Source: a virus (lineage: Duplodnaviria > Caudoviricetes). Taken from it: a stretch of 64,000 bases of DNA. The stretch spans positions 68,375 to 132,374 of the IMG/VR virus record IMGVR_UViG_3300013121_000019. The stretch is one strand, 5' to 3'. The translations under genes and the position numbers were made by a program. The notes under the pieces were generated by a model. It saw only the letters and a program-made list of their open reading frames with translations. It was not told the DNA's origin and ran no database searches. Positions 46,925-55,001 of this stretch are shown in pieces; the stretch's first letter is position 1, and every line of letters begins with the position of its first letter.

Positions 46925-49864
46925 CTACCCCTGACTGACGTCTGTCCAAGACTGCGCCCATCGCGGTCCGATCCCGGCTAGCTCTTTCTTTGGCACCAGG
47001 ATGTCGGGCCTGGGGATCTCCAGCTGACTCGCCAGGAAGCAGTACAACACAGAGTGAAACGTATCGTCGGTCTTTCCCGGTGTGGTGTCGTACTGCATCA
47101 TCCGGAGAGTAGTGTTGTACTCAGCGTGGTTGTTGCACATGTCCTGCGCATACGGATCGTTCCATTCCTCGAAGCGTGGAAACTCGAACTGATGCCGCTT
47201 GATCGCATTGAACACGTCTGACATCACCTCGGTGCGGTGTACCTTGAAGCGCCCGAGCTTCGAGTCCCACTCGAGCTTCTTCTTGGTACGGCCCATATAC
47301 TGGTACTTGCGAACGCGAGTTGGACCGAACTTTCGGATCAGCACATCATTGCGGTCGTAGCCGCCGCCGTAGTCTGTGCCGATGAAGTGTACGTTGTACT
47401 GCTTGATCATCTGCATCAGCAGCTGCAGCTGAACTTTCGGCTCGAGCTCCTGGCCGGTGAAGCGATGCGCGTAGAAGATACGAAAACGGTTTCGTACGTA
47501 GGTGCCGAGCGTAACGACCGTGTAGGTATTCTCGCCCGTGTTGCCCTGGTAGGCGATGCGGCCGTTGCGCTCCGTCACGATGTAGCCGCTGGGCACTGCG
47601 CAGCAGTACACCTTGCCGCTGTACGGGACGTGCTCGACGTTCTTGTTGGGCGCGTTGAAGCAATGATCCCGACCTTCGGACCAGCTCGCTCGCCAGCGTG
47701 TCTTACGGTTGCCAGCAGCCTCCGCATGCAGCGACACAATGCACCGCATGCCCAAACGGATGCACAACTCTTGAAAGTCCTCACACAGAGCGCGTGACGT
47801 CGAGAAGTACGATCCGCCGGTGCAGCCCTCGCGTGGATCTCGCGATCCGTCACCGTCCACTAGCGCTTCGAACAGGATGCGGAGCTGTCGTTTGCTTAGC
47901 GCCAGAAACTCACGAGGAATCCGCTTAGCGTCACCGTGCATCCCGATGTTGTCGGCATACCAGCGCCAGTACTGCTTGCCGCAGATGGTCCAGTTGAGAT
48001 CGCTGGTCTCTTCATTCGGGAACTCGCTGAATGGGATGCCGAGTCGGCCCATGCATGCCTTCATCGCCAAAGCCTTCTCGTGGTTGGCGCTAGCGCGCTG
48101 CGACATCTTGATACAGTACGGTTTCTGGTCGTCTCCGCGCAGGCATACTCCGCCCTCGGAAATGAAGTACCCAAGAAGCTCCAGCCAGTCATCCATGCGC
48201 AGTTCTCGTGCGGCCGACCCAGCGTAGCCAGCGCTGCGCGCCACGCCTGGCAACATGAACGTCTCTCGTTCTTCGCCATCCCAACCCACATAGCCCACAA
48301 ACTTTGCAGCGCCTCCGCGCGCGGCGGTCTTGCCGGCTGACTCAGTCAGCCAAGCGCTGCTTTGACGGGTACCGGTACGCATTCGGTGGGTGTCGGTCAC
48401 CATCAGGTCGTACCCGTCGGTCTTGAAGTGCAGCAGCGGCTTGTCCCAGTCGCGTACAGTTAGGACTTTTGGCTCCACGAACGTCATCTTGCGCGTGTCA
48501 GGATCCCACTGGGCCACACGCTCCTTGCCGGTCAACTCGCGGAAATAGCGAAAGCCGTCCTCGGTGAGGATCCGCGTCTCCTCATCGTGGCAGCCCCAAT
48601 CCACGCCCATGAAGATTGGGTGGCTGTAGCTGAGCTTGCGATACTTATCGAGCTCGCTCGGATGCATCGACACCCGCGGGTTGCACTCGTTCTTGACCTG
48701 CCCGATGTTGAGCGGACGAGTTCCAGAGTCGTACGACAGCCCGAGAATCTCGTTGTAGAACTGAGCTCGCGGGTAGCTGCGGTAGTTGTAGAGAATCTCG
48801 CTCCACGGCTTCCACGGAACCATCAACTGAGGAATCCGGTACCCCTTGAACTGCGTTGCAGCCGGATCCCATTTGGTCTGGAACGCCCACTGGGCGTCCT
48901 TGTGCATCGGATCGATGAGGTTGCCGCAGCGCTCGCACGATAGGCCCTTCAGACCGATGTTCTTCTCGCCGAGAATGTTCCAGAAGCGGCCTGTGCCTGA
49001 TTTGCTACCGCAGCGGTCGCACGGCACCACCCACTCGCCCTGCGTGGAGTGCTGAGACCACCATGTCTCGATGGTGTTGTCCGTGGACTTCGGAGTACCG
49101 GCGTAGACGAAGCTGCGCCAGCGATCAGGAGCGTGGCCCGTGCACTGCTCGATGACCGGAATATTGCGCTCTAGGATGTCCTGGATCTCATCGATCAGTA
49201 GCTTGTACGCCGGGATGCCGCGGGTACGGTCTGCGTTCAGGTATGCGTTGCGGAGTTCGATCGAGGAGCCGTTGATGAAGCTTTTACGGAATACGTTCTG
49301 GCTGAGATCGTAGTTCGTGAAGCTTTTGAGAACCGACGATGTCTCGATCGGATCCTTGAGACGATCGTTGGAGAAAGTCTTGGTCTGTGTGGATGATGGG
49401 CTGACGTAGAGGGTCTTATGCCCGGCCACCAAGCACGAGTAGCTGAGCGCGATGTTGCCCAGCATGGTGGACTTCTCCACCTGACGAGCCGTCTTCAGAA
49501 GGATCTTCTTCGACGTCTCCGACGGGGAGTCATCGTAGATGTCCTTGATGTGTCGACGTCCCTCGAACGAGAACGGGACCAGGCCCATCTCGCCCATGAT
49601 CCGGAACGAGAACGTCACGAAGTCCGATAGGCTGACCTCGAGGGGCCCGCCGTCATCCACCGTGTCGTTGGTCGTGACAGAATCCGACCAAGAGTCGTTG
49701 GCCGGCAGCCAGATGTCGTCTACCGAGCGTCTGAACTTCGAGCGGTCATCCCCAGCTGTGGCCGCCCGAAGCTCCTCATCGGTCATCTCGAGCGGAAACA
49801 GGTCTTCCTCAGTGAGCTCTACCGGTCTCTCGTCTCGATAACAGTACGGAATCGGGCACGCCAT
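46925..49864 (-). CDS. terL: terminase large subunit (lambda GpA-like) with intein
   Basis: LKTARQVEKST Walker A, LLIDEIQD Walker B, AGTPK, CxxC pairs, FMGVDWG nuclease motif, TDDTFHS. Confidence 0.88.
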   Translation of the reverse strand: MACPIPYCYRDERPVELTEEDLFPLEMTDEELRAATAGDDRSKFRRSVDDIWLPANDSWSDSVTTNDTVDDGGPLEVSLSDFVTFSFRIMGEMGLVPFSFEGRRHIKDIYDDSPSETSKKILLKTARQVEKSTMLGNIALSYSCLVAGHKTLYVSPSSTQTKTFSNDRLKDPIETSSVLKSFTNYDLSQNVFRKSFINGSSIELRNAYLNADRTRGIPAYKLLIDEIQDILERNIPVIEQCTGHAPDRWRSFVYAGTPKSTDNTIETWWSQHSTQGEWVVPCDRCGSKSGTGRFWNILGEKNIGLKGLSCERCGNLIDPMHKDAQWAFQTKWDPAATQFKGYRIPQLMVPWKPWSEILYNYRSYPRAQFYNEILGLSYDSGTRPLNIGQVKNECNPRVSMHPSELDKYRKLSYSHPIFMGVDWGCHDEETRILTEDGFRYFRELTGKERVAQWDPDTRKMTFVEPKVLTVRDWDKPLLHFKTDGYDLMVTDTHRMRTGTRQSSAWLTESAGKTAARGGAAKFVGYVGWDGEERETFMLPGVARSAGYAGSAARELRMDDWLELLGYFISEGGVCLRGDDQKPYCIKMSQRASANHEKALAMKACMGRLGIPFSEFPNEETSDLNWTICGKQYWRWYADNIGMHGDAKRIPREFLALSKRQLRILFEALVDGDGSRDPREGCTGGSYFSTSRALCEDFQELCIRLGMRCIVSLHAEAAGNRKTRWRASWSEGRDHCFNAPNKNVEHVPYSGKVYCCAVPSGYIVTERNGRIAYQGNTGENTYTVVTLGTYVRNRFRIFYAHRFTGQELEPKVQLQLLMQMIKQYNVHFIGTDYGGGYDRNDVLIRKFGPTRVRKYQYMGRTKKKLEWDSKLGRFKVHRTEVMSDVFNAIKRHQFEFPRFEEWNDPYAQDMCNNHAEYNTTLRMMQYDTTPGKTDDTFHSVLYCFLASQLEIPRPDILVPKKELAGIGPRWAQSWTDVSQG
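47540..48592 (-). mobile_element. intein (351 aa) with LAGLIDADG endonuclease in TerL nuclease domain
   Basis: GVDWG|CHDEETRILT ... YSGKVYCCAVP..RNGRIAYQGN|T; LLGYFISEG and EALVDGDGS blocks. Confidence 0.92.
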
Positions 49865-49882
49865 GGTAGCGTAACGGTACTG

Positions 49883-50149
49883 ATGTCAGACCAGCACGGC
49901 AACCTACACGAGAACATCGAGCGGCTGTGGCGCTTGCTACGTGAAGCCGGTGCGGGGCTCACGGAGGACGCGATGCACGTGCAGACCGAGGATGGGGACC
50001 GCTTCGTGCTGCGTACTGTGGACCGCAGATCAACGGACGACCGCCTTGTGCTGGCGGTCATCCGCGACTACTGCCGAGAGGTGGGGCTGGAGGTGTCGGA
50101 GCTAAAGAGAAGGAACGACTACTACACGTTCGTCGTACGCAGTGCTTGA
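49883..50149 (+). CDS. small hypothetical protein
   Basis: 88-aa ORF filling the gap, divergent from terL. Confidence 0.5.
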   Translation: MSDQHGNLHENIERLWRLLREAGAGLTEDAMHVQTEDGDRFVLRTVDRRSTDDRLVLAVIRDYCREVGLEVSELKRRNDYYTFVVRSA

Positions 50150-50673
50150 TCCGCGGGCGTCAGTAGCTTGTCGAGCTCGCGAAACAGACGGTCCAGCATG
50201 GCCAGCGGGTCCACGGAATGTACGTACCCGCGCGCGTTGAAGAAGTAGCTGAGGCAGGGCTTCGTCGGGCTTCCCCAGGAAGGCACGACCCCGACCACCA
50301 TCTCGGCCGACATTCGACGCGTGTCGCGAAACACCTTCTCGCCAGCTGCCTTCAGCGCAGCTGGAAACTGCTCTAGCCAGTACACCTCGAGCTTATGGCG
50401 TAGTGCCCGGCCTTCGTCGGTCTCCATGTTGACGTCGACCGTGTGGATGTACTGAAACTCGTCAGGCAGGAAGAAGTGCGCCACCAGGTCGTTTTCCGTA
50501 TTGCGGAACTCGGCCTCGAAGGTCGTGTACAGATCGCAGCGCTCGAACTCGACCGGGTCAGCGGCGTGATCGCCGTCAATCTGACTCGTCGCCTCCCTCC
50601 ACTTCCCCCTCTCCTGCTCCGACGGGATCGTCTCCAAGATCTTCATCGTCTTCTTCGGCGTCGTCGATTGCAT
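50122..50673 (-). CDS. hypothetical protein
   Basis: AGGAGG RBS before ATG 50673. Confidence 0.6.
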   Translation of the reverse strand: MQSTTPKKTMKILETIPSEQERGKWREATSQIDGDHAADPVEFERCDLYTTFEAEFRNTENDLVAHFFLPDEFQYIHTVDVNMETDEGRALRHKLEVYWLEQFPAALKAAGEKVFRDTRRMSAEMVVGVVPSWGSPTKPCLSYFFNARGYVHSVDPLAMLDRLFRELDKLLTPADQALRTTNV

Positions 50674-51595
50674 CGTCAGCGTCCTCCTGGTTGGCCGACA
50701 TGAGTTCAGCCGTGTGGTTGCCCTCGCTGACCATGTCGATGGTTGGAATTGCGCGCCCGGTACCACGTAGAACAACCTGACCTAGCTGTCGACGTAGATC
50801 CTGCGTCGGCATCGCCATGGAGGACAGCAAGTCCTGCAGGTTCTTTGCTGTGGTGGAGTACTCCACCGCCTGCTTGGAGCTCATCATCCCACCAAGTGCG
50901 GCTGCCTCCCATGCGCGCATCGAGCTCAGCGTTGCAGCCGACTGTAGGATCTTGACGTGATCAAGCCTCGATGGCATGTGGCCCATCTTCATGCGCGTGA
51001 TGATCGCCGAGATAGGTGAGCTCGGCAGCGACGCGGCGATGCGCCGTGGGTCTTGGTATCCGGCTTTCTTTCGAATGTTGGCTTCGAACCGTGGCGCTAG
51101 GTCGTCTTCCATCAGCCCGGCTTCGTCGCGCATCTGTAGCAGCACCCGTACGTCGGTGGAATCGAGTAGCGCAAGATTCCAGAAGAAGTGCCTGTACACC
51201 TCAACGACGTTTGCGGTTGCCTCTACTCCGTACTGCCGGCGCAGGTCCATCGCAATCGCCGAGTCTGGAGCTCCAACGATCAGCAACGTCTCGATCGTCT
51301 CCTTGATCCGAGGACGACCTAGCACCTCCCAGGCCACCTTCATCGGTTCGTCGGGAAAGTAGAGCCGTGCGATGCGCGCTTGCTGCAGGAACTTCTGAGA
51401 CGGCTGATGCCGCCGGTCCTTCGGGTAGAAGGGAACCGGCGGCATCATCGCAGCCCGCAGCTTGTCGACGTAGGCATCCCGTAGGTAGTCGAGACCTCGG
51501 TCTTCCAGTACCTCGCGAACGTTCTCGTTGGTGAACCCGTCGGGGTGGCTGACGAGGAACTTGATGTAGTACTCGGCGGGAGACCTTCTGATCAT
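50576..51595 (-). CDS. hypothetical protein with acidic tail (possible terminase small subunit/HTH)
   Basis: 339 aa, helical, two genes upstream of terL. Confidence 0.6.
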   Translation of the reverse strand: MIRRSPAEYYIKFLVSHPDGFTNENVREVLEDRGLDYLRDAYVDKLRAAMMPPVPFYPKDRRHQPSQKFLQQARIARLYFPDEPMKVAWEVLGRPRIKETIETLLIVGAPDSAIAMDLRRQYGVEATANVVEVYRHFFWNLALLDSTDVRVLLQMRDEAGLMEDDLAPRFEANIRKKAGYQDPRRIAASLPSSPISAIITRMKMGHMPSRLDHVKILQSAATLSSMRAWEAAALGGMMSSKQAVEYSTTAKNLQDLLSSMAMPTQDLRRQLGQVVLRGTGRAIPTIDMVSEGNHTAELMSANQEDADDAIDDAEEDDEDLGDDPVGAGEGEVEGGDESD

Positions 51596-51605
51596 CGCCG
51601 GCGCA

Positions 51606-53645
51606 TCATAGCGCGACAGCGAACGGGTTGTCGGTCTTCTTGACCGATGCGGTCTTCTGCAGCATCAGTACCTTCAGGCCCTCGAGTACCGTCTCGGTGG
51701 ACCGCACGGCCTTCTCCAGCGCCTGAACCGGGATGTCGCGCATCCCAAGACGTGCTGCCATCAGGAGCTCGCACATACGCTTCTGGGCGAACTCGATCGA
51801 CGGCATGTACGAGGTGAACGCCAGCGTGTTCTCCGGGTTGATGAAGCTGAGGCTCAGCACGGTGTCGACAGCCGTCGGGTCCGGGATGACCGACGCCTCC
51901 TTGACGAGATCCTGCCGTAGGTTCGGGACGCCATGGAGCTCCTGTGCCGCCTTACGCAGCGACGCCAGCTTGGCACCCTCGAGGGTCTCGATCGTCCTCA
52001 GGCCCGACAGCGCCACCGGACGGATGCCCTTGGCGGCCTCTGCGAGCTTCTGGCGGGCGTAGCCGGGGTCCGCACCAGCTCCGACCAGTAGGAACATCGC
52101 CTGACGGGCGTTGCAGTCTCGGTCACTGTGGCTGAGCTTCTCGACGACGGGACCGCTGATCTGGAAGCCGTCAGGGCCGCTGCTACGAATGATGGCCGAC
52201 GACAGCATCCGTTGAGCCGAAGCCTGCTTGGTGTAGTCCTCCGGTGTGCTGGCCAGCACGACGTTCTTGGTGTTGTCGAGCGGCATCCAGAAGAAACGCG
52301 CCGGCACCAGCAGCGAGCGCCCACTGAGGACCGGCTTGTCCGTCGTCGGCGTCACGACCACCTGAACCGGACGACCGTCGAACGTTGTGGCCTGTAGGTG
52401 ACCGCCCTCCCCGGTAGAGACAGCGACCTCGATCTTCATCGGCAGCAGTGCCTGCACACGCCCGTTCGGAAGTCGCTCCCAGAAGCACCCGTAGCCACGA
52501 GGACGCCCAGAACGGTTCATGCCGGGGGTGTCGCTGACCTTGACACCGACGATCTCACCCTGAAGTGCCGTCTGGCTACCGTTGGTGAACAGCGTGATCG
52601 GCAGCGAGTGCCCATCGAGATCGATGAGGTTCGGGAAGCAGTGCCCGACGAGCAGCTCTCCCTCGGTGGTCTTGACCTCGTACATGCCGAAGTCCTTGAT
52701 GAACTCCGGGCGGTCTGCCTCCGGGTCATCCGACGCCACTGCGGTTGTAGTGCCGACCGTTGCGGATCCGTTGATGTCGGCCTCGAGGGCCAGCTTGACA
52801 CCCACCAAGCGCACGAGCTCGCCACGATCGACCGTCGTGACCTCCGGGGCCCATGCCAGGTGGCTCGCTGTCTTGACGGTGTAGCCCGCGCCGGGCTGGT
52901 GTTCGACCTGAACCACCGACGGGACCACCATGTCGAGTGCCGCCGCAGCTAGCTTCGACACATCCTGAGGCTCGTAGGATGCCAGACGAGCCAGCGACTC
53001 GTGCGTCGACGCGTTGAGCGAGTACTGCACGTGCAGATTGCGATCGCTGGCGACCTTGTCCGTGAACTGCTCCCAGTCGGACCGGTTGATCGTCGGAAGG
53101 ATCATCGGAAGGATGCTGGCGTACTTGCCCATCGCGCTGGCATCCATGACCATCGCGTTCAGGTTGCCGGACATACCAGCCATCTGACGGTTAGGCGGCC
53201 ACATCTGCCCGAAGATTGCCTGATCGTTGTTCTGCGGCACCGCCAGAGCATCGAACGTGTTGGGCCTGAACAGCGCGCGGCGCAGTCGCTCCTCGGTGAG
53301 CGGCTGGAAGTCGCCCTTCGGGCCGAGCATCAGGTCCAGTGGAAGAAGCTTCCTGTTCTTCACCACGAACGGGACGCGCACCATGTTGACGCCCATGGCG
53401 GTCAGCTGCGGCTGGTCATCCGCCGGCACACTGGTCTGGTTCGAGACCTCGAAGTGCCCGATTGCGTAGCCCTGTTCTGCCTGAACACGGTCCATCACGC
53501 AGTGCGGATCGAAATCCGCTACGTACGGGATCTGCTTGAACAGCTCCTGAGTGATCTCCTGCGGCCAGTTGTTGGGGTCCTCCGAGAGGGGCGTCTCGGC
53601 GGCGACCTTCTCGAACGTCAGGCTCGGTGTTTCGAACAGGTTCAT
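51606..53645 (-). CDS. large K-x-A-rich virion head protein
   Basis: 679 aa; about twelve K-x-A sites. Confidence 0.7.
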   Translation of the reverse strand: MNLFETPSLTFEKVAAETPLSEDPNNWPQEITQELFKQIPYVADFDPHCVMDRVQAEQGYAIGHFEVSNQTSVPADDQPQLTAMGVNMVRVPFVVKNRKLLPLDLMLGPKGDFQPLTEERLRRALFRPNTFDALAVPQNNDQAIFGQMWPPNRQMAGMSGNLNAMVMDASAMGKYASILPMILPTINRSDWEQFTDKVASDRNLHVQYSLNASTHESLARLASYEPQDVSKLAAAALDMVVPSVVQVEHQPGAGYTVKTASHLAWAPEVTTVDRGELVRLVGVKLALEADINGSATVGTTTAVASDDPEADRPEFIKDFGMYEVKTTEGELLVGHCFPNLIDLDGHSLPITLFTNGSQTALQGEIVGVKVSDTPGMNRSGRPRGYGCFWERLPNGRVQALLPMKIEVAVSTGEGGHLQATTFDGRPVQVVVTPTTDKPVLSGRSLLVPARFFWMPLDNTKNVVLASTPEDYTKQASAQRMLSSAIIRSSGPDGFQISGPVVEKLSHSDRDCNARQAMFLLVGAGADPGYARQKLAEAAKGIRPVALSGLRTIETLEGAKLASLRKAAQELHGVPNLRQDLVKEASVIPDPTAVDTVLSLSFINPENTLAFTSYMPSIEFAQKRMCELLMAARLGMRDIPVQALEKAVRSTETVLEGLKVLMLQKTASVKKTDNPFAVAL

Positions 53646-53689
53646 GATGGCGAGGCTACCACAGTGGGTTTGAGGTCAGAATGGCTGGG

Positions 53690-55000
53690 CTACTTCGAGA
53701 TCTTGACGGTTGTCGACAGGATGCCGGCTAGCGCGCCAGCCTGCACAGGGGGAGAGGACATGACGTGCGTGTGGGTTGCCAGCCAGGCTAGGAGCTGGAT
53801 GCCCATCGGTAGCGGCTCTACCGGCACCCCATCGGTCTTCTGCATCGTGATTCCACCAAGCGCGCGCATGTCGATGGATCCCAGCAGCGTCGTCAAGGCA
53901 ATGTTGCCAATCAACGTCTTGATGTCGATGTCGCCTTTCAGCGCGCGTACGACGATGTCACGAATGAGCGTTTCGATCGTAATGCCGCCAGCGGGTCCGA
54001 TAGATCGGAGAATGAGCGACTTAGTTGGTGAGATCAACACCTCACCGGAGAAGTCGATCTTCATATCGCCAGCGCCCTTCATCAGCGCATTGCCAGCGTC
54101 ATCGAATGTCTGACGAAACTGGATCGGTTGCTTGTTGTAGTCGCCGGTGTTGGCGTCGAAGCCACCTGGAGCGATCACGAAGTCGTACACGATGTTGCCA
54201 CTGATGGACCCTTCGGCGGCTGGTTCTTTGCCGAAAGCGTTGCCGTGGGTCACGCGGATATCAGCGTACTTGTCGTCAGCCCACACACGGTACACTTCCA
54301 TGTGTCTCGTGGGCGACTTCGCCGCGTCGTCCGGGGTGATGTCCTGCAGCCCCCATTGGATGGTGCCGCCGGTGTTGCGGTGCGCGTAGTTGCCGGAGAT
54401 GTCTTCGATGAAGTTTCCGATGGGCAGGAAGATCCGCTGGGCGATCTCCGATGCACCGATCTGTACGACCCCGCCCCTGTGCAGGATGAGGAAGTTGTCG
54501 TCGCGCGTACGCATCACGATGTCGCCCATGAGCGCGTCCGGTCGGCCGCCATAGAATGACGCATCGGTGGACCTGCCGGTGCTCGAGCGCGACACAGTGC
54601 CGGTCGGAGCATCACCGCCAACGATCGCGCTAGGGTCAGCCTTCTTGACCCCATCGGGGCCCGTCACCACTACGTCGTCGACGGAGCCCTGCACGCCGCC
54701 ATCCGATGCCACCACTTCCATCGGCATGACGAAGCACATGACGAATGGCGCCGTGGTGTCGCTCGGGATCATCACTTTGCACACAGCGCCAACGTCGGGC
54801 ATGCAGTACACGCCCTCGCCGTTGTTGAAGTGCACGTAGGGAGACCCAACCTGGATGTCGTTCAGCGTCTTCTGGTCGAAGGAGCTGGCTACGTCCACGG
54901 TCCAGTTCTTCATGTTGACGTCGACAACCCGGCCCTCGAGGCAGAGGGCCGGGTCCGTGCCGGCGTCACTGGTCATCGTGTTGCGGAAAGACTTCGGCAT
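53690..55000 (-). CDS. baseplate central spike (GpV/gp138-like)
   Basis: N-terminal OB-fold (EGRVVDVN..GVYCMPDVGAVC), beta-helix repeats, C-terminal ATHTH metal-binding tip. Confidence 0.75.
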   Translation of the reverse strand: MPKSFRNTMTSDAGTDPALCLEGRVVDVNMKNWTVDVASSFDQKTLNDIQVGSPYVHFNNGEGVYCMPDVGAVCKVMIPSDTTAPFVMCFVMPMEVVASDGGVQGSVDDVVVTGPDGVKKADPSAIVGGDAPTGTVSRSSTGRSTDASFYGGRPDALMGDIVMRTRDDNFLILHRGGVVQIGASEIAQRIFLPIGNFIEDISGNYAHRNTGGTIQWGLQDITPDDAAKSPTRHMEVYRVWADDKYADIRVTHGNAFGKEPAAEGSISGNIVYDFVIAPGGFDANTGDYNKQPIQFRQTFDDAGNALMKGAGDMKIDFSGEVLISPTKSLILRSIGPAGGITIETLIRDIVVRALKGDIDIKTLIGNIALTTLLGSIDMRALGGITMQKTDGVPVEPLPMGIQLLAWLATHTHVMSSPPVQAGALAGILSTTVKISK

Positions 55001-55001
55001 G

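Noticed and set aside
49415-49422. GGCATAAG core inside terL (minus strand)
   Set aside because: Lies in coding sequence (Gly-His-Lys codons) and lacks the downstream GAAG; treated as chance
51606-53645. Portal protein call
   Set aside because: Size and position are plausible but no portal motif was recognised, and dense K-x-A sites suggest a processed core protein; the portal may lie outside the window
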